In this document: piece after piece, positions 9,134 to 17,738 of the stretch
Layout of the letters: each line of letters begins with the position of its first letter
How positions within the stretch are numbered: position 1 is the first letter of the stretch
NCBI GenBank assembly: GCA_947587775.1
Contig: CANPYD010000001.1
Coordinates: forward strand, 1 to 43,170
Length of the DNA stretch: 43,170 nucleotides
Origin: an uncultured Clostridia bacterium
GTDB lineage: Bacteria > Bacillota > Clostridia > Christensenellales > Borkfalkiaceae
Reading direction: 5' to 3'
Translations under genes and position numbers: made by a program
The notes under the pieces: model-generated
What the model was told of the DNA's origin: nothing
The model's input: only the letters and a program-made list of their open reading frames with translations
Databases searched by the model: none

Positions 9134-10063
9134 TCATTCTGCGATCTTTTCCGCGATCCGCAGTTTTGCGCTCTTGGAGCGCGGGTTCTCCTCTTGCTCT
9201 TCTTCGGAAGCCGTGATCGGCTTCTTCGTCAGGATCTCGAGCCGTTTGACTCTCCCGCATACGCATACCGGGAAGTTCTTCGGACAGGTACAGGCAGTCG
9301 AAAGATCCTTGAATATGTTCTTGACGATCCTGTCTTCGAGGGAATGGAAGGTCAAAATAACGGCCCTTCCCCCTATCTTGAGTCTTTCAATGAGTCCTCT
9401 GATGCACGCTTCCAGTCCGTCGAGTTCGCCGTTGACCTCGATACGGATCGCCTGAAAGGTCTGCCGTGCACATGCCGCACCGCGGCACTTCGGGGGCAGG
9501 GCGTTTTCGACGATGCTGCGGAGCTCGCCGCACGTTTCAATCGGTTTGATTTCCCGTTCGCGGAGAATCCCCTTTGCGATGACGTTTGCGAAGGGTTCTT
9601 CGCCGTACTCTTTCAGAATGCGGCGGAGCGCTTCCTCGCCGTACCCGTTCACGACGTCTCTTGCCGTAAGCGCACAGCGCTTGTCCATCCGCATATCGAG
9701 CGGCGCGTTCCCCAGCCTGTAAGCAAACCCGCGGGTCGGGTCGTCGATCTGGTGGGAGGAAATGCCGAGGTCTAAGAGGAATCCGTCAAGACGTTCTCCG
9801 GGAAGAAGCACTTCCGAAAAGTTTTTGAAGTCCGACCGTTCGAGGCGGAACCTCCCCTCAAAGGGGGACAGTCTCTTTGTTGCCTGCGCGATTGCGTCCT
9901 CGTCCTTGTCCGTTGCGATGAGACGCGCTCCGGGATCCGCCGAAAGGATCGCAAAGGAGTGTCCTCCTCCGCCGACGGTGCCATCGAAGTAAACCCCGCC
10001 GCTTCTGACATTCAATCCGCGGATGACCTCATCAAGCATGATCGGACGATGATACTCCGTCAT
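9134..10063 (-). CDS. rsmH: 16S rRNA (cytosine1402-N4)-methyltransferase RsmH (MraW)
   Basis: 309-aa ORF with the SAM motif DGTVGGGGHS. ATGA overlap with the mraZ stop. Confidence 0.95.
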   Translation of the reverse strand: MTEYHRPIMLDEVIRGLNVRSGGVYFDGTVGGGGHSFAILSADPGARLIATDKDEDAIAQATKRLSPFEGRFRLERSDFKNFSEVLLPGERLDGFLLDLGISSHQIDDPTRGFAYRLGNAPLDMRMDKRCALTARDVVNGYGEEALRRILKEYGEEPFANVIAKGILREREIKPIETCGELRSIVENALPPKCRGAACARQTFQAIRIEVNGELDGLEACIRGLIERLKIGGRAVILTFHSLEDRIVKNIFKDLSTACTCPKNFPVCVCGRVKRLEILTKKPITASEEEQEENPRSKSAKLRIAEKIAE

Positions 10064-10506
10064 GCGTTCTTCGTCCTGTAATCCTTGGCGACACGGTTTG
10101 CATCCGCGACCGACATGTCTTTGATGCTCTGCAAATAATTCTCTTCTTCCCAGATCTCGATGTAGTCCCCCATGCCGACCGAAACCAGTTTCCTTTTCAA
10201 ACCCGCATAATCGCGCATGCTCTTGGGGATCATGAACCGCTTCTGGGTATCCTCTACAACGTCCTCCACGCGGCTGTACAAATAGCGCTTCGCACGCATC
10301 ACGTCCTCATCCGCAGGATCGACATTGCTGAAAGAGAGCAGATACTTCTCCATGACCGAGGTGCACATGATCGCGACGCAGCCCGTCGAGAACTGAACAA
10401 AATGGAGGGATTCGTTTTCCGGAAATGCACTTCTGTATTTCGCCGGAATACGCGTTCTGAATTTTGCATCGAGCTGATGATTCGCCGTGCCACTCACGAA
10501 CTTCAT
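10060..10506 (-). CDS. mraZ: Transcriptional regulator MraZ
   Basis: Track ORF trimmed to the SD-led ATG at 10506 (AAAGGGGGGA RBS), giving MKFVSGTANHQLDAKFRTRIP.... Two SpoVT/AbrB-like MraZ repeats are visible (LDAKFRTRIP and TQKRFMIPKSMR). About 148 aa. Confidence 0.9.
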   Translation of the reverse strand: MKFVSGTANHQLDAKFRTRIPAKYRSAFPENESLHFVQFSTGCVAIMCTSVMEKYLLSFSNVDPADEDVMRAKRYLYSRVEDVVEDTQKRFMIPKSMRDYAGLKRKLVSVGMGDYIEIWEEENYLQSIKDMSVADANRVAKDYRTKNA

Positions 10507-10543
10507 ACCGCGGATAATCCCCCCTTTATGATTCTGTAAGGGT

Positions 10544-10572
10544 ATTATAACACCACTTTTAGGGCTTGTCAA
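10544..10572 (-). promoter_or_regulatory. Consensus SigA-type promoter of the dcw operon (Pmra)
   Basis: Reverse strand reads TTGACA (10572-10567), a 17-nt spacer, then TATAAT (10549-10544), about 37 nt upstream of the mraZ ATG. Confidence 0.6.
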
Positions 10573-10609
10573 CCATTTCTGTCCATTTTTTTCCTTTCCG
10601 CTCCACTTT
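10553..10609 (-). promoter_or_regulatory. Phased A-tract/(G)TGG direct repeats flanking and inside Pmra (candidate MraZ boxes)
   Basis: Reverse strand shows AAAGTGG (10609-10603), AAAGG (10597-10593), AAATGG (10588-10583), AAATGG (10578-10573) and AAAGTGG (10559-10553). The TGG/GG ends are spaced 10, 10, 10 and 20 nt apart. Confidence 0.45.
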
Positions 10610-10612
10610 TTT

Positions 10613-11395
10613 TCAGCTGCATTTGAAACGAATGTTCGTTTCGAACACTTTTTGATTGAGAAAACGCGCTTTTCCGATAAAAAATACCCGATTTTCCCCC
10701 TTTTCTTTTACTTTTTTCTCAAAACATATGTTTGCATTTCTGGGGACAAGATTCCCTGCCGAAAGAACCTGCTTGAGCCTTCTTGCCACGCCGCGATTCC
10801 CGTGATAGGCTTTTACCCCAAGTATTTGCTCAATTTCCTTTTGAAAAAAGATATAATGTGTGCACCCTAAGACCGCCCCGTCATAGGAGATCCCCTCGGG
10901 AACAGTCAAATGGACAGAAATGGACAGGTTTTCCCCGCAGGTCAGATATGCCTCGATCGCCCCCGCCAAGCCCTCGCAGGGGATGACGTGAAACCGGCAT
11001 GCGGAACTTTCGATGAGCGACCGCAGCCGCGCGCTTTCCGCCGTACGGGGCGTAGCGAGCACGAGCGCTTCCGAGCACTCCCGCGCCGCCTCCCTGATCG
11101 CGGGCTCCGTGCCAATGATGGGAAAGGCAAATTCCTCCCGCATTTTCCCGATACAGACGGTCGTTGCGGTATTACAGGCAAGGACGGCGGCGTCCACCCC
11201 GAGCCGTTCGAAGCGCCGCATTGCTTCACGTACGAAGGCAGTGATCTCCCCCTCCCCTCTTCCGCCGTAGGGCGCGCGGGCGTTGTCGCCGAAATAATAA
11301 AAATCCGCGCCCGAAATTTCTTTCAGGCAAGCACCGAGAACGGTAAGCCCGCCCACGCCGCTGTCGAAAATGCCGACTTTGACCCTACGTTCCAT
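10613..11395 (-). CDS. murI: Glutamate racemase MurI
   Basis: 260-aa ORF with DSGVGGLTV and both catalytic Cys motifs (ACNTA, GCTHY). Confidence 0.92.
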   Translation of the reverse strand: MERRVKVGIFDSGVGGLTVLGACLKEISGADFYYFGDNARAPYGGRGEGEITAFVREAMRRFERLGVDAAVLACNTATTVCIGKMREEFAFPIIGTEPAIREAARECSEALVLATPRTAESARLRSLIESSACRFHVIPCEGLAGAIEAYLTCGENLSISVHLTVPEGISYDGAVLGCTHYIFFQKEIEQILGVKAYHGNRGVARRLKQVLSAGNLVPRNANICFEKKVKEKGENRVFFIGKARFLNQKVFETNIRFKCS

Positions 11396-11456
11396 CCTTT
11401 TTCCTCCCCAAAAACAGAATTTTTGCGATTTTTTTTCCTACGGGCGCGAAAAACAG

Positions 11457-11485
11457 TTTACAAGCATTTTATTTTATGTTAAAAT
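11457..11485 (+). promoter_or_regulatory. Promoter of rpsT
   Basis: TTTACA (11457-11462), a 17-nt spacer, then TAAAAT (11480-11485), preceded by TGT (extended -10). Confidence 0.5.
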
Positions 11486-11529
11486 AGTCAGGATTTATCA
11501 AGATAAAGTACCTTCAAAGGAGTAATACC

Positions 11530-11796
11530 GTGCCCAACATCAAATCCGCTGAAAAGCGCGTTCTCGTCACCGAAAAAAAGACCCTTGAAAACAAAGCGAT
11601 CAAATCCGCGCTCAAAACGCAGATCAAGAAGTACCTCGCTGCGGTCGCCGCAGGCGATAAAGAACAGGCGAATGCTCTTTATCCCGTGACGGTCTCGGCG
11701 ATCGACTCCGCGGCAAGCAAGGGGATCCTTCACAAGAATAACGCAGCGAACAAAAAGGCAAAGCTCGCAAAGAAACTTGCCGCATTGAACGCATAA
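11530..11796 (+). CDS. rpsT: 30S ribosomal protein S20
   Basis: 88-aa ORF beginning [26 protein letters not shown].... GTG start with an AAGGAG SD. Confidence 0.95.
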   Translation: MPNIKSAEKRVLVTEKKTLENKAIKSALKTQIKKYLAAVAAGDKEQANALYPVTVSAIDSAASKGILHKNNAANKKAKLAKKLAALNA

Positions 11797-11815
11797 CGAA
11801 AAACGGCGAAACGAT

Positions 11816-11843
11816 CCGTCGGGGTTTTCCCCGACGGTTTTTT
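11816..11843 (+). terminator. Rho-independent terminator of rpsT
   Basis: CCGTCGGGG-TTTT-CCCCGACGG (9-bp stem) followed by T6. Confidence 0.8.
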
Positions 11844-11981
11844 ATTGCCCGAAAACTCCCCTACCGAAGGAAAATCTCTATAAAATCCGCCTATGCTGAT
11901 CTAATTTATAATAATGTCGCGCGCGTGGGCGCGTATTCACTAAATTGGGGAATATTTTTTTCGGAAAACCATTTCAAACGT

Positions 11982-12010
11982 TTGACATCTGCATGCATAT
12001 GTACTATACT
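11982..12010 (+). promoter_or_regulatory. Promoter of the XRE-cupin/potABCD operon with an 18-bp near-palindrome in the spacer
   Basis: TTGACA (11982-11987), a 17-nt spacer, then TATACT (12005-12010). ACATCTGCATGCATATGT (11985-12002) is palindromic at 8 of 9 pairs. Confidence 0.5.
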
Positions 12011-12113
12011 GTATCGCTGTGAGTTTATTTTTATTAAACTTTTCGTTTATAATTGCGAGAGTTTGATAAAAAGAGGCTAAAAGTTTACAAATACTAAACA
12101 CGGAGGCGGAAGT

Positions 12114-12647
12114 ATGGAACTCGGCGCAAAGCTGAAGGACATGCGGCAACGGATAAATCTCACGCAGGAAGAGCTTGCCGACCGCTGTGAGCTCACAAAA
12201 GGGTATATTTCCCAGCTTGAAAACGACCTGACGAGCCCGTCGATCGCGACGCTGTGCGATCTTCTGAACGCGCTCGGAAGCAATCTTTCGGACTTTTTTC
12301 ATGAGGATTCCGAGGAAAAGATCGTCTTTTCGGAGGCGGAATATATCGAAAAGCAGTCGGAAAGCATGATGCTCAGGTGGGTGATCCCCAACGCGCAGAA
12401 AAACATGATGGAGCCCGTGCTCGTGGAGCTTGCGCCGCAAGCCAAAACGGAGCCCGACATCCCCCACGAAGGCGAAGAATTCGGCTTTGTGCTCGAGGGA
12501 AAGATCGACGTCGTGATCGCGGGGAAACATCATCCCGCAAAAAAAGGCGAAAGCTTTTATTACACGGCGGACAAAGAACATTATCTTGAAAATAAGGGCA
12601 AGCGGAACGCGAAGATCATCTGGATCTCCACTCCGCCCAACTTCTGA
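12114..12647 (+). CDS. XRE-family HTH plus C-terminal cupin transcriptional regulator
   Basis: 177-aa ORF with a GGAGG SD. The N-terminal HTH (LTQEELADRCELTKGYISQLENDLTSPSIATL) is followed by a cupin-like C-terminus (HEGEEFGFVLEGKIDVVIAGK...). Lies directly upstream of potA. Confidence 0.85.
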   Translation: MELGAKLKDMRQRINLTQEELADRCELTKGYISQLENDLTSPSIATLCDLLNALGSNLSDFFHEDSEEKIVFSEAEYIEKQSESMMLRWVIPNAQKNMMEPVLVELAPQAKTEPDIPHEGEEFGFVLEGKIDVVIAGKHHPAKKGESFYYTADKEHYLENKGKRNAKIIWISTPPNF

Positions 12648-12671
12648 TTCAAAAAACAAAAGGAGAAAGCC

Positions 12672-14186
12672 ATGGCTGAAAACATCATCGAATTACAGGA
12701 CGTCACGAAGTACTTTGGCGAGAATCTTGTCATCGACCATATGAGCTTCGACATCAAAAAAGGCGAATTCATCACCTTTTTGGGACCCTCGGGCTGCGGC
12801 AAGACGACGACGCTCCGCATGATCGCGGGCTTCGATCTGCCTACGAGCGGAAAGATCCTTCTGAACGGTGAGGACATCTCGTCCCTTCCGCCCAACAAAC
12901 GCCCCGTCAACACCGTTTTCCAGCGATATGCCCTTTTCCCCCACTTCAATGTCTTTGAAAATATCGCTTTTGGGCTCAGGTGCAAGCGCGTCATCAATAC
13001 TTACAAAAACGGGAACGGCGAGGAGTACACCAAAAAGGAAAAGCTTTCCAAGCAGGAGATCGCCGCAAAGGTGAAAAAGGCGCTTGCGCTCGTGGATCTC
13101 GAAGGGTTTGAGAAACGCTCCATCTCCACCCTCTCCGGCGGACAGCAGCAGCGCGTCGCGATCGCCCGCGCCGTCGTCAACGAGCCCGAGATCCTTCTCC
13201 TCGACGAGCCCCTCGGCGCCCTCGACCTCAAAATGAGGAAAGAGATGCAGATCGAGCTCAAAAAGATCCACGACAGGCTTGGCATCACATTCATCTATGT
13301 CACGCACGATCAGGAGGAAGCGCTCACGATGTCGGACACGATCGTCGTCATGGCAGACGGCGTCGTCCAGCAGATCGGCACCCCCACCGATATCTACAAC
13401 GAGCCTGCGAATACGTTCGTTGCAGACTTCATCGGCGAAAGCAACATCTTCACGGGCACCGTCGTCGGGAAAAACAAGGTCAAATTCTGCGGCAAGACGT
13501 TTGAATGCGTCGATAATTTCGGGGAAGGAGAACAGGTCGACGTCGTCGTCCGTCCCGAAGATATCCTGATGTGCGCCGCCGAGGATGGGATCCTGAAGGG
13601 TGAAGTCATCTCCGTCGTCTTCAAGGGGATCCATTACGAGATCACCGTGCAGGTCGGCAAATACGAACTCGTCGTGCAAAGCACGGAAAGCAGAAAGGTC
13701 GGGGAGACGATCGGGCTCAAGGTCGCTCCCGACGGCATTCACCTCATGAAGCCGCGCTACACAACCAACGTGTTCGACGGCGTCATCAACAAGGCGAACA
13801 ACGTGGAATTTGCGGGCGGTGAGTTCGAATGCGACGTCACGCAGCTCTATCCGGGCAGCCATTTAGACGAGGACGGCTATCTCATCACGGCCGCGGGCGA
13901 AAAACTCGATCTGACGGACACCGAAGTCAAGGTCGAAGTGGGTCTCCACGATATCGAGATCAGCGACGACGAGGACGCGGGCGGCACAACGGGACACATC
14001 ATCTCCATCATCTACAAGGGCGATCACTACCGCCTCATCGTGCGTACGGGCGACAGCGACGAGGACGAGGATTTCGTCTTTGCGACCGAAGATCTCTGGA
14101 ACGAAAACGACTATGTCTCGGTCATCATTCCCAAGGAAAAGATCAAACTCACCTTAAAGCATAAGGAAAAGGAGGACGAGGCATGA
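12672..14186 (+). CDS. potA: Spermidine/putrescine ABC transporter ATPase PotA, unusually long (504 aa) with duplicated C-terminal domain
   Basis: Walker [10 protein letters not shown], signature LSGGQQQR, Walker B LLLDEP. Carries two tandem PotA-type C-terminal regulatory segments. Confidence 0.9.
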   Translation: MAENIIELQDVTKYFGENLVIDHMSFDIKKGEFITFLGPSGCGKTTTLRMIAGFDLPTSGKILLNGEDISSLPPNKRPVNTVFQRYALFPHFNVFENIAFGLRCKRVINTYKNGNGEEYTKKEKLSKQEIAAKVKKALALVDLEGFEKRSISTLSGGQQQRVAIARAVVNEPEILLLDEPLGALDLKMRKEMQIELKKIHDRLGITFIYVTHDQEEALTMSDTIVVMADGVVQQIGTPTDIYNEPANTFVADFIGESNIFTGTVVGKNKVKFCGKTFECVDNFGEGEQVDVVVRPEDILMCAAEDGILKGEVISVVFKGIHYEITVQVGKYELVVQSTESRKVGETIGLKVAPDGIHLMKPRYTTNVFDGVINKANNVEFAGGEFECDVTQLYPGSHLDEDGYLITAAGEKLDLTDTEVKVEVGLHDIEISDDEDAGGTTGHIISIIYKGDHYRLIVRTGDSDEDEDFVFATEDLWNENDYVSVIIPKEKIKLTLKHKEKEDEA

Positions 14187-14992
14187 AGCTCCCCCGTTTC
14201 TCCCGCAAGACGCTCTGCATTCCCTATGCGGTCTTTCTCATATTTTTTGTCATTGTCCCGATGTGCGTGATCCTGTTCTACGCCTTTACCGACAAGAACA
14301 TGCACATTTCGGGAACGAACTTCGTGCGGTTCTTTTCCGACCCCACCAAACTCTCCACGATCGTCTACTCCCTCGTGATCGCGCTCATTACGACGGTCAT
14401 CTGTCTTGTCATCGCCTATCCCGTGGCGCTCATCCTCGCGCACAGCAAGATCAAGAAGAAATTCGTCATTCTGATGCTTTTCGTTCTCCCCATGTGGATC
14501 AACTTCGTGCTGCGCGTAAACGCCATCCGCGAGCTCTTCAATCTCCTCTCGCAGATCAACGGGCTCGAAGGGCTGGAAAGCGCCAATATCTTCAAGACGA
14601 TCTTCGGCATGGTCTATGACTTCCTGCCCTTTATGATCCTGCCCCTCTATACGACGATGATGAAGATCGACACTTCCCTCTATGAGGCGAGCGCGGATCT
14701 CGGCGCGGGTTCCGTCACGACCTTCTTCCGCATCACCGTTCCCCTCTCCATGCCCGGCGTGATGAGCGGCGTGACGATGGTCTTTCTCCCCTCGATGACA
14801 AACTACGTCGTCTCCGATATGCTCGGGAACGCGAAAGTGACGATCATCGGCAAATTCATCTATGAATACTTCGGCTCCGACTGGCATATGGGCTCGATGG
14901 TCGCATTTGTGCTTCTCCTCGTCGTCTTTGCCTCTACCCTCTTCTCGGGCGGGTTCAAATCGGAAGAAAATGTCAGGGGGACGAACTTATGA
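14183..14992 (+). CDS. potB: Spermidine/putrescine ABC transporter permease PotB
   Basis: 269-aa, 6-TM binding-protein-dependent permease. ATGA overlaps on both sides. Confidence 0.88.
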   Translation: MKLPRFSRKTLCIPYAVFLIFFVIVPMCVILFYAFTDKNMHISGTNFVRFFSDPTKLSTIVYSLVIALITTVICLVIAYPVALILAHSKIKKKFVILMLFVLPMWINFVLRVNAIRELFNLLSQINGLEGLESANIFKTIFGMVYDFLPFMILPLYTTMMKIDTSLYEASADLGAGSVTTFFRITVPLSMPGVMSGVTMVFLPSMTNYVVSDMLGNAKVTIIGKFIYEYFGSDWHMGSMVAFVLLLVVFASTLFSGGFKSEENVRGTNL

Positions 14993-15798
14993 AGCATCCT
15001 GTGTTAAGCAAATGCCTCAAAGCGGGATTTGTGGGACTTGTGCTCCTCCTGCTCTATCTCCCCATCCTGATGCTCGCCGTCTACAGCTTCGACAAAACGG
15101 ACATGATCGGCAGGTTCGAAGGTTTTTCCTTCGAGCATTACAAGGATCTCTTTGCGAATCCGAAGGTTCTCGGCATGATCGGGAACACCTTCTTGCTCGC
15201 ATTCCTTGCGGCGACTCTCTCCACGGTGCTCGGGACGCTCGGCGCGCTCGGCATGTTCTACTGCAAAAAGCGCATGAAAACGGCGATCCACGCCGTCTCG
15301 CAGATCCCCGTCATCAACGCGGAGATCGTCACGGCGCTCGCGCTTGCGGTCACCTTTGTTGCGGTCGAGATCGGGAAATCCTATTTTACCCTTCTCATCG
15401 GACATATGGTCATATGCACCCCCTTTGTCGTGCTCTCCGTCATGCCCAAGCTCAAACAGATGGACAACTCCCTCTATGAGGCGGCGCTCGACCTGGGCGC
15501 TTCCCCCTTCAAGGCGCTGATGAAAGTTGTCCTTCCGCAGATCATCCCGGGGGTCATTTCGGGCTTTATGCTCGCAGTTACCCTCTCCCTCGACGACTAC
15601 ATCGTCACCGTCTACACCCGTCCCTCGGGCTTCGAGACGATTTCCACCTACGTTTTCAACGCCACGATGAAGGGCAATAAGCACACCGCGGAGACGCTCT
15701 CCTCCTTCTGGGCGCTCACGACGATCATCTTCGTCGTCATCGTACTGTTTGTTGTGATTTCCAATCTTGCGGGACGCAAAAAGGAGGCGGACAAATGA
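14989..15798 (+). CDS. potC: Spermidine/putrescine ABC transporter permease PotC
   Basis: 269-aa permease paralog of potB. ATGA overlaps with potB and potD. Confidence 0.88.
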   Translation: MKHPVLSKCLKAGFVGLVLLLLYLPILMLAVYSFDKTDMIGRFEGFSFEHYKDLFANPKVLGMIGNTFLLAFLAATLSTVLGTLGALGMFYCKKRMKTAIHAVSQIPVINAEIVTALALAVTFVAVEIGKSYFTLLIGHMVICTPFVVLSVMPKLKQMDNSLYEAALDLGASPFKALMKVVLPQIIPGVISGFMLAVTLSLDDYIVTVYTRPSGFETISTYVFNATMKGNKHTAETLSSFWALTTIIFVVIVLFVVISNLAGRKKEADK

Positions 15799-17501
15799 AA
15801 AAGAGTGCTTTCAGCATTGCGCTTGCGGGCGCCATGCTCCTGCCGACGCTTGCGGCGCTCACGGGCTGCGGCGGTGAGGATGTCATAACCCTTCGCGTCT
15901 ATAACTGGGAAGAGTATATCGACGAGGGCGGAGAAGGCACGTTTATCTTTGACGAGCTTCACGAACTCAACGAGGACGGAAAGCCCGTTCTCGACGCAAA
16001 GGGCAACCATATCCATATCGAATCGGACATCGTGAATGATGACTACAAGGATTGGTACAAAGAGACAATGGGACACGACCTCTCCGAAGAGGGCCCCGAA
16101 ATTTTGAACGACTTCTGCGAATGGTACGAAAAGACCTATCATCAAAAGATCCGCGTCGAATATTCTACCTTCGGCACCAATGAGGACATGTACAACGAGA
16201 TCGTCCTCGGCAATGAGTACGATCTTCTCTGCCCTTCCGACTACATGATCATGAAGCTCGCCGCGGAGGGCCGTCTCGAAAAATACGACGAAAGTTTCTT
16301 CGACGAGACGCTTCCCGAAAACTACTACGTCCGCAACGTCTCCCCCTTCATCGCCGAAAAATTCGCAAACAACGGCGGACTGAAGCTCCGCAAAGATCCC
16401 GACGGCAATGACATCTACTGGAAGGACTATGCGGCGGGATACATGTGGGGCACGACGGGCTTTGTGTACAATCCCGAGTACGTCTCCGAAGAAGAGCTCG
16501 ACGCGATCGGCTGGAGGGCATTTACGGACAGCCGTTTCAAGGGCAAGATCACGGCGAAAGACAACGTGCGCGACACCTATTTTGCCGCCCTCGGCGTCAC
16601 CTATCAGGACGAACTGCTTTCCCTCGACCCGTCTGCCGACGGATACATCGATCGCCTCACGGAGATCTTCAACGCAACGGACGAGGATACGATCGCCGAA
16701 GTCGAACCCATCCTTCTCGACATCAAGGACAACATTTACAGCTTCGAGACGGACACGGGAAAATCGGATATGGTGCAGGGAAAGATCTGGCTCAACTATG
16801 CGTGGAGCGGCGACGCGGTCTATGCGCTGGACCTTGCGGAGAGCGGAAAGACCGAGGACGGCGAGGATGAGAACAGCGTTCTTCTCAACTATTACGTCCC
16901 CTCGGCGGGTTCCAACCTCTGGTTCGACGGTTGGGTCATGCCGAAGGGCATTACTCCGGAGATCAAGCACGCCGCACAGGCGTTCGTCAACTTCCTCTCC
17001 ATGCCCCAAAATGCCATGCGGAACAGCTATTATATCGGTTACACTTCCGTTATAGCGGGGGAAATTCCCGAGGACGATGATCCCGCCATGCTCACCTATG
17101 CCGATTATCTCTATGGCGTGGAAGAGGATGAGGGAGAGCTCTACGACCTCTCCTACTTCTTCGGAGCCGAGGACGGCACATTCGGGATCTACGCGGATGA
17201 AGAACAGTGCACGAAACGCCAGCTCTTCGCCCAGTTCCCCACGCCCGAAGTCATTGCCCGTAGCGCCGTCATGGATTATTACGACGAGGCGGCAAGCGAG
17301 CGCATCAACGAACTTTGGTCGCGCGTGAAGGCGGAATCGCTCGAACCGTGGACGATCGTCGTCATTGTCGTCGCCGTTGTAGGCGTCGCCGCGGCGATCC
17401 TGCTCCTCAAATTCGGAAACAAGATCGATTTCTTCCGGAGAAAGCCGAAAAAAGGCTACGAGCAAGTCAAACAGGAGCCCGTCCGATACAAAACGAAATA
17501 A
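15795..17501 (+). CDS. potD: PotD-like polyamine-binding lipoprotein, enlarged (568 aa) with C-terminal TM anchor
   Basis: Lipobox LAALTGC. PotD-like blocks are present (LRVYNWEEYI, YDLLCPSDYMIMKL, YMWGTTGFVYN). The C-terminus carries the hydrophobic helix WTIVVIVVAVVGVAAAILLL plus a basic tail. Confidence 0.85.
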   Translation: MKKSAFSIALAGAMLLPTLAALTGCGGEDVITLRVYNWEEYIDEGGEGTFIFDELHELNEDGKPVLDAKGNHIHIESDIVNDDYKDWYKETMGHDLSEEGPEILNDFCEWYEKTYHQKIRVEYSTFGTNEDMYNEIVLGNEYDLLCPSDYMIMKLAAEGRLEKYDESFFDETLPENYYVRNVSPFIAEKFANNGGLKLRKDPDGNDIYWKDYAAGYMWGTTGFVYNPEYVSEEELDAIGWRAFTDSRFKGKITAKDNVRDTYFAALGVTYQDELLSLDPSADGYIDRLTEIFNATDEDTIAEVEPILLDIKDNIYSFETDTGKSDMVQGKIWLNYAWSGDAVYALDLAESGKTEDGEDENSVLLNYYVPSAGSNLWFDGWVMPKGITPEIKHAAQAFVNFLSMPQNAMRNSYYIGYTSVIAGEIPEDDDPAMLTYADYLYGVEEDEGELYDLSYFFGAEDGTFGIYADEEQCTKRQLFAQFPTPEVIARSAVMDYYDEAASERINELWSRVKAESLEPWTIVVIVVAVVGVAAAILLLKFGNKIDFFRRKPKKGYEQVKQEPVRYKTK

Positions 17502-17512
17502 TGTCTTACAAT

Positions 17513-17548
17513 GAAACACCGCCCGCTGTGCATAGCGGGCGGTGTTTC
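17513..17548. terminator. Bidirectional hairpin between convergent potD and the RHH gene
   Basis: GAAACACCGCCCGCT-GTGCAT-AGCGGGCGGTGTTTC, a perfect 15-bp stem. The flanking T-tracts are weak. Confidence 0.6.
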
Positions 17549-17561
17549 ATATAAGCGGTTT

Positions 17562-17738
17562 TTACTCCTCTTCTTTCTTCTCTCCCCCTCTCCGTTTTTT
17601 GACGCAGGCAGAGAGAAGGTATTCGATCTGTCCGTTCAGGGAGCGGTAATCCTCTTCCGCCCACTTTGAGATCTCGGCATAGAGCGTCGGGGAAAGCCGC
17701 AGCGGCACCTGTTTTTTGGATCTATCCGTGTCTTTCAT
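17562..17738 (-). CDS. Arc/MetJ-type ribbon-helix-helix DNA-binding protein (58 aa; below ORF-track cutoff)
   Basis: Hand translation of the reverse strand gives MKDTDRSKKQVPLRLSPTLYAEISKWAEEDYRSLNGQIEYLLSACVKKRRGGEKKEEE*. This shows a beta-strand (VPLRL), helix (PTLYAEISKWAEE) and helix (SLNGQIEYLL) pattern typical of Arc-family RHH. GAGGAGAGG SD. The ATG at 17738 overlaps the end of the upstream gene by 17 nt. Confidence 0.75.
   Translation of the reverse strand: MKDTDRSKKQVPLRLSPTLYAEISKWAEEDYRSLNGQIEYLLSACVKKRRGGEKKEEE

Noticed and set aside
12693-13862. 389-aa reverse ORF inside potA
   Set aside because: It lies antisense to an ORF with Walker A/B and LSGGQ motifs and has no recognisable features of its own. 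GC3 artefact.
15648-17519. 623-aa reverse-strand ORF covering all of potD
   Set aside because: It lies antisense to a gene with clear PotD-family blocks. Its translation is low-complexity (Asp/Glu/Arg/Val/Gly-rich) with no motifs. This is the usual mirror artefact of strong GC3 codon bias.
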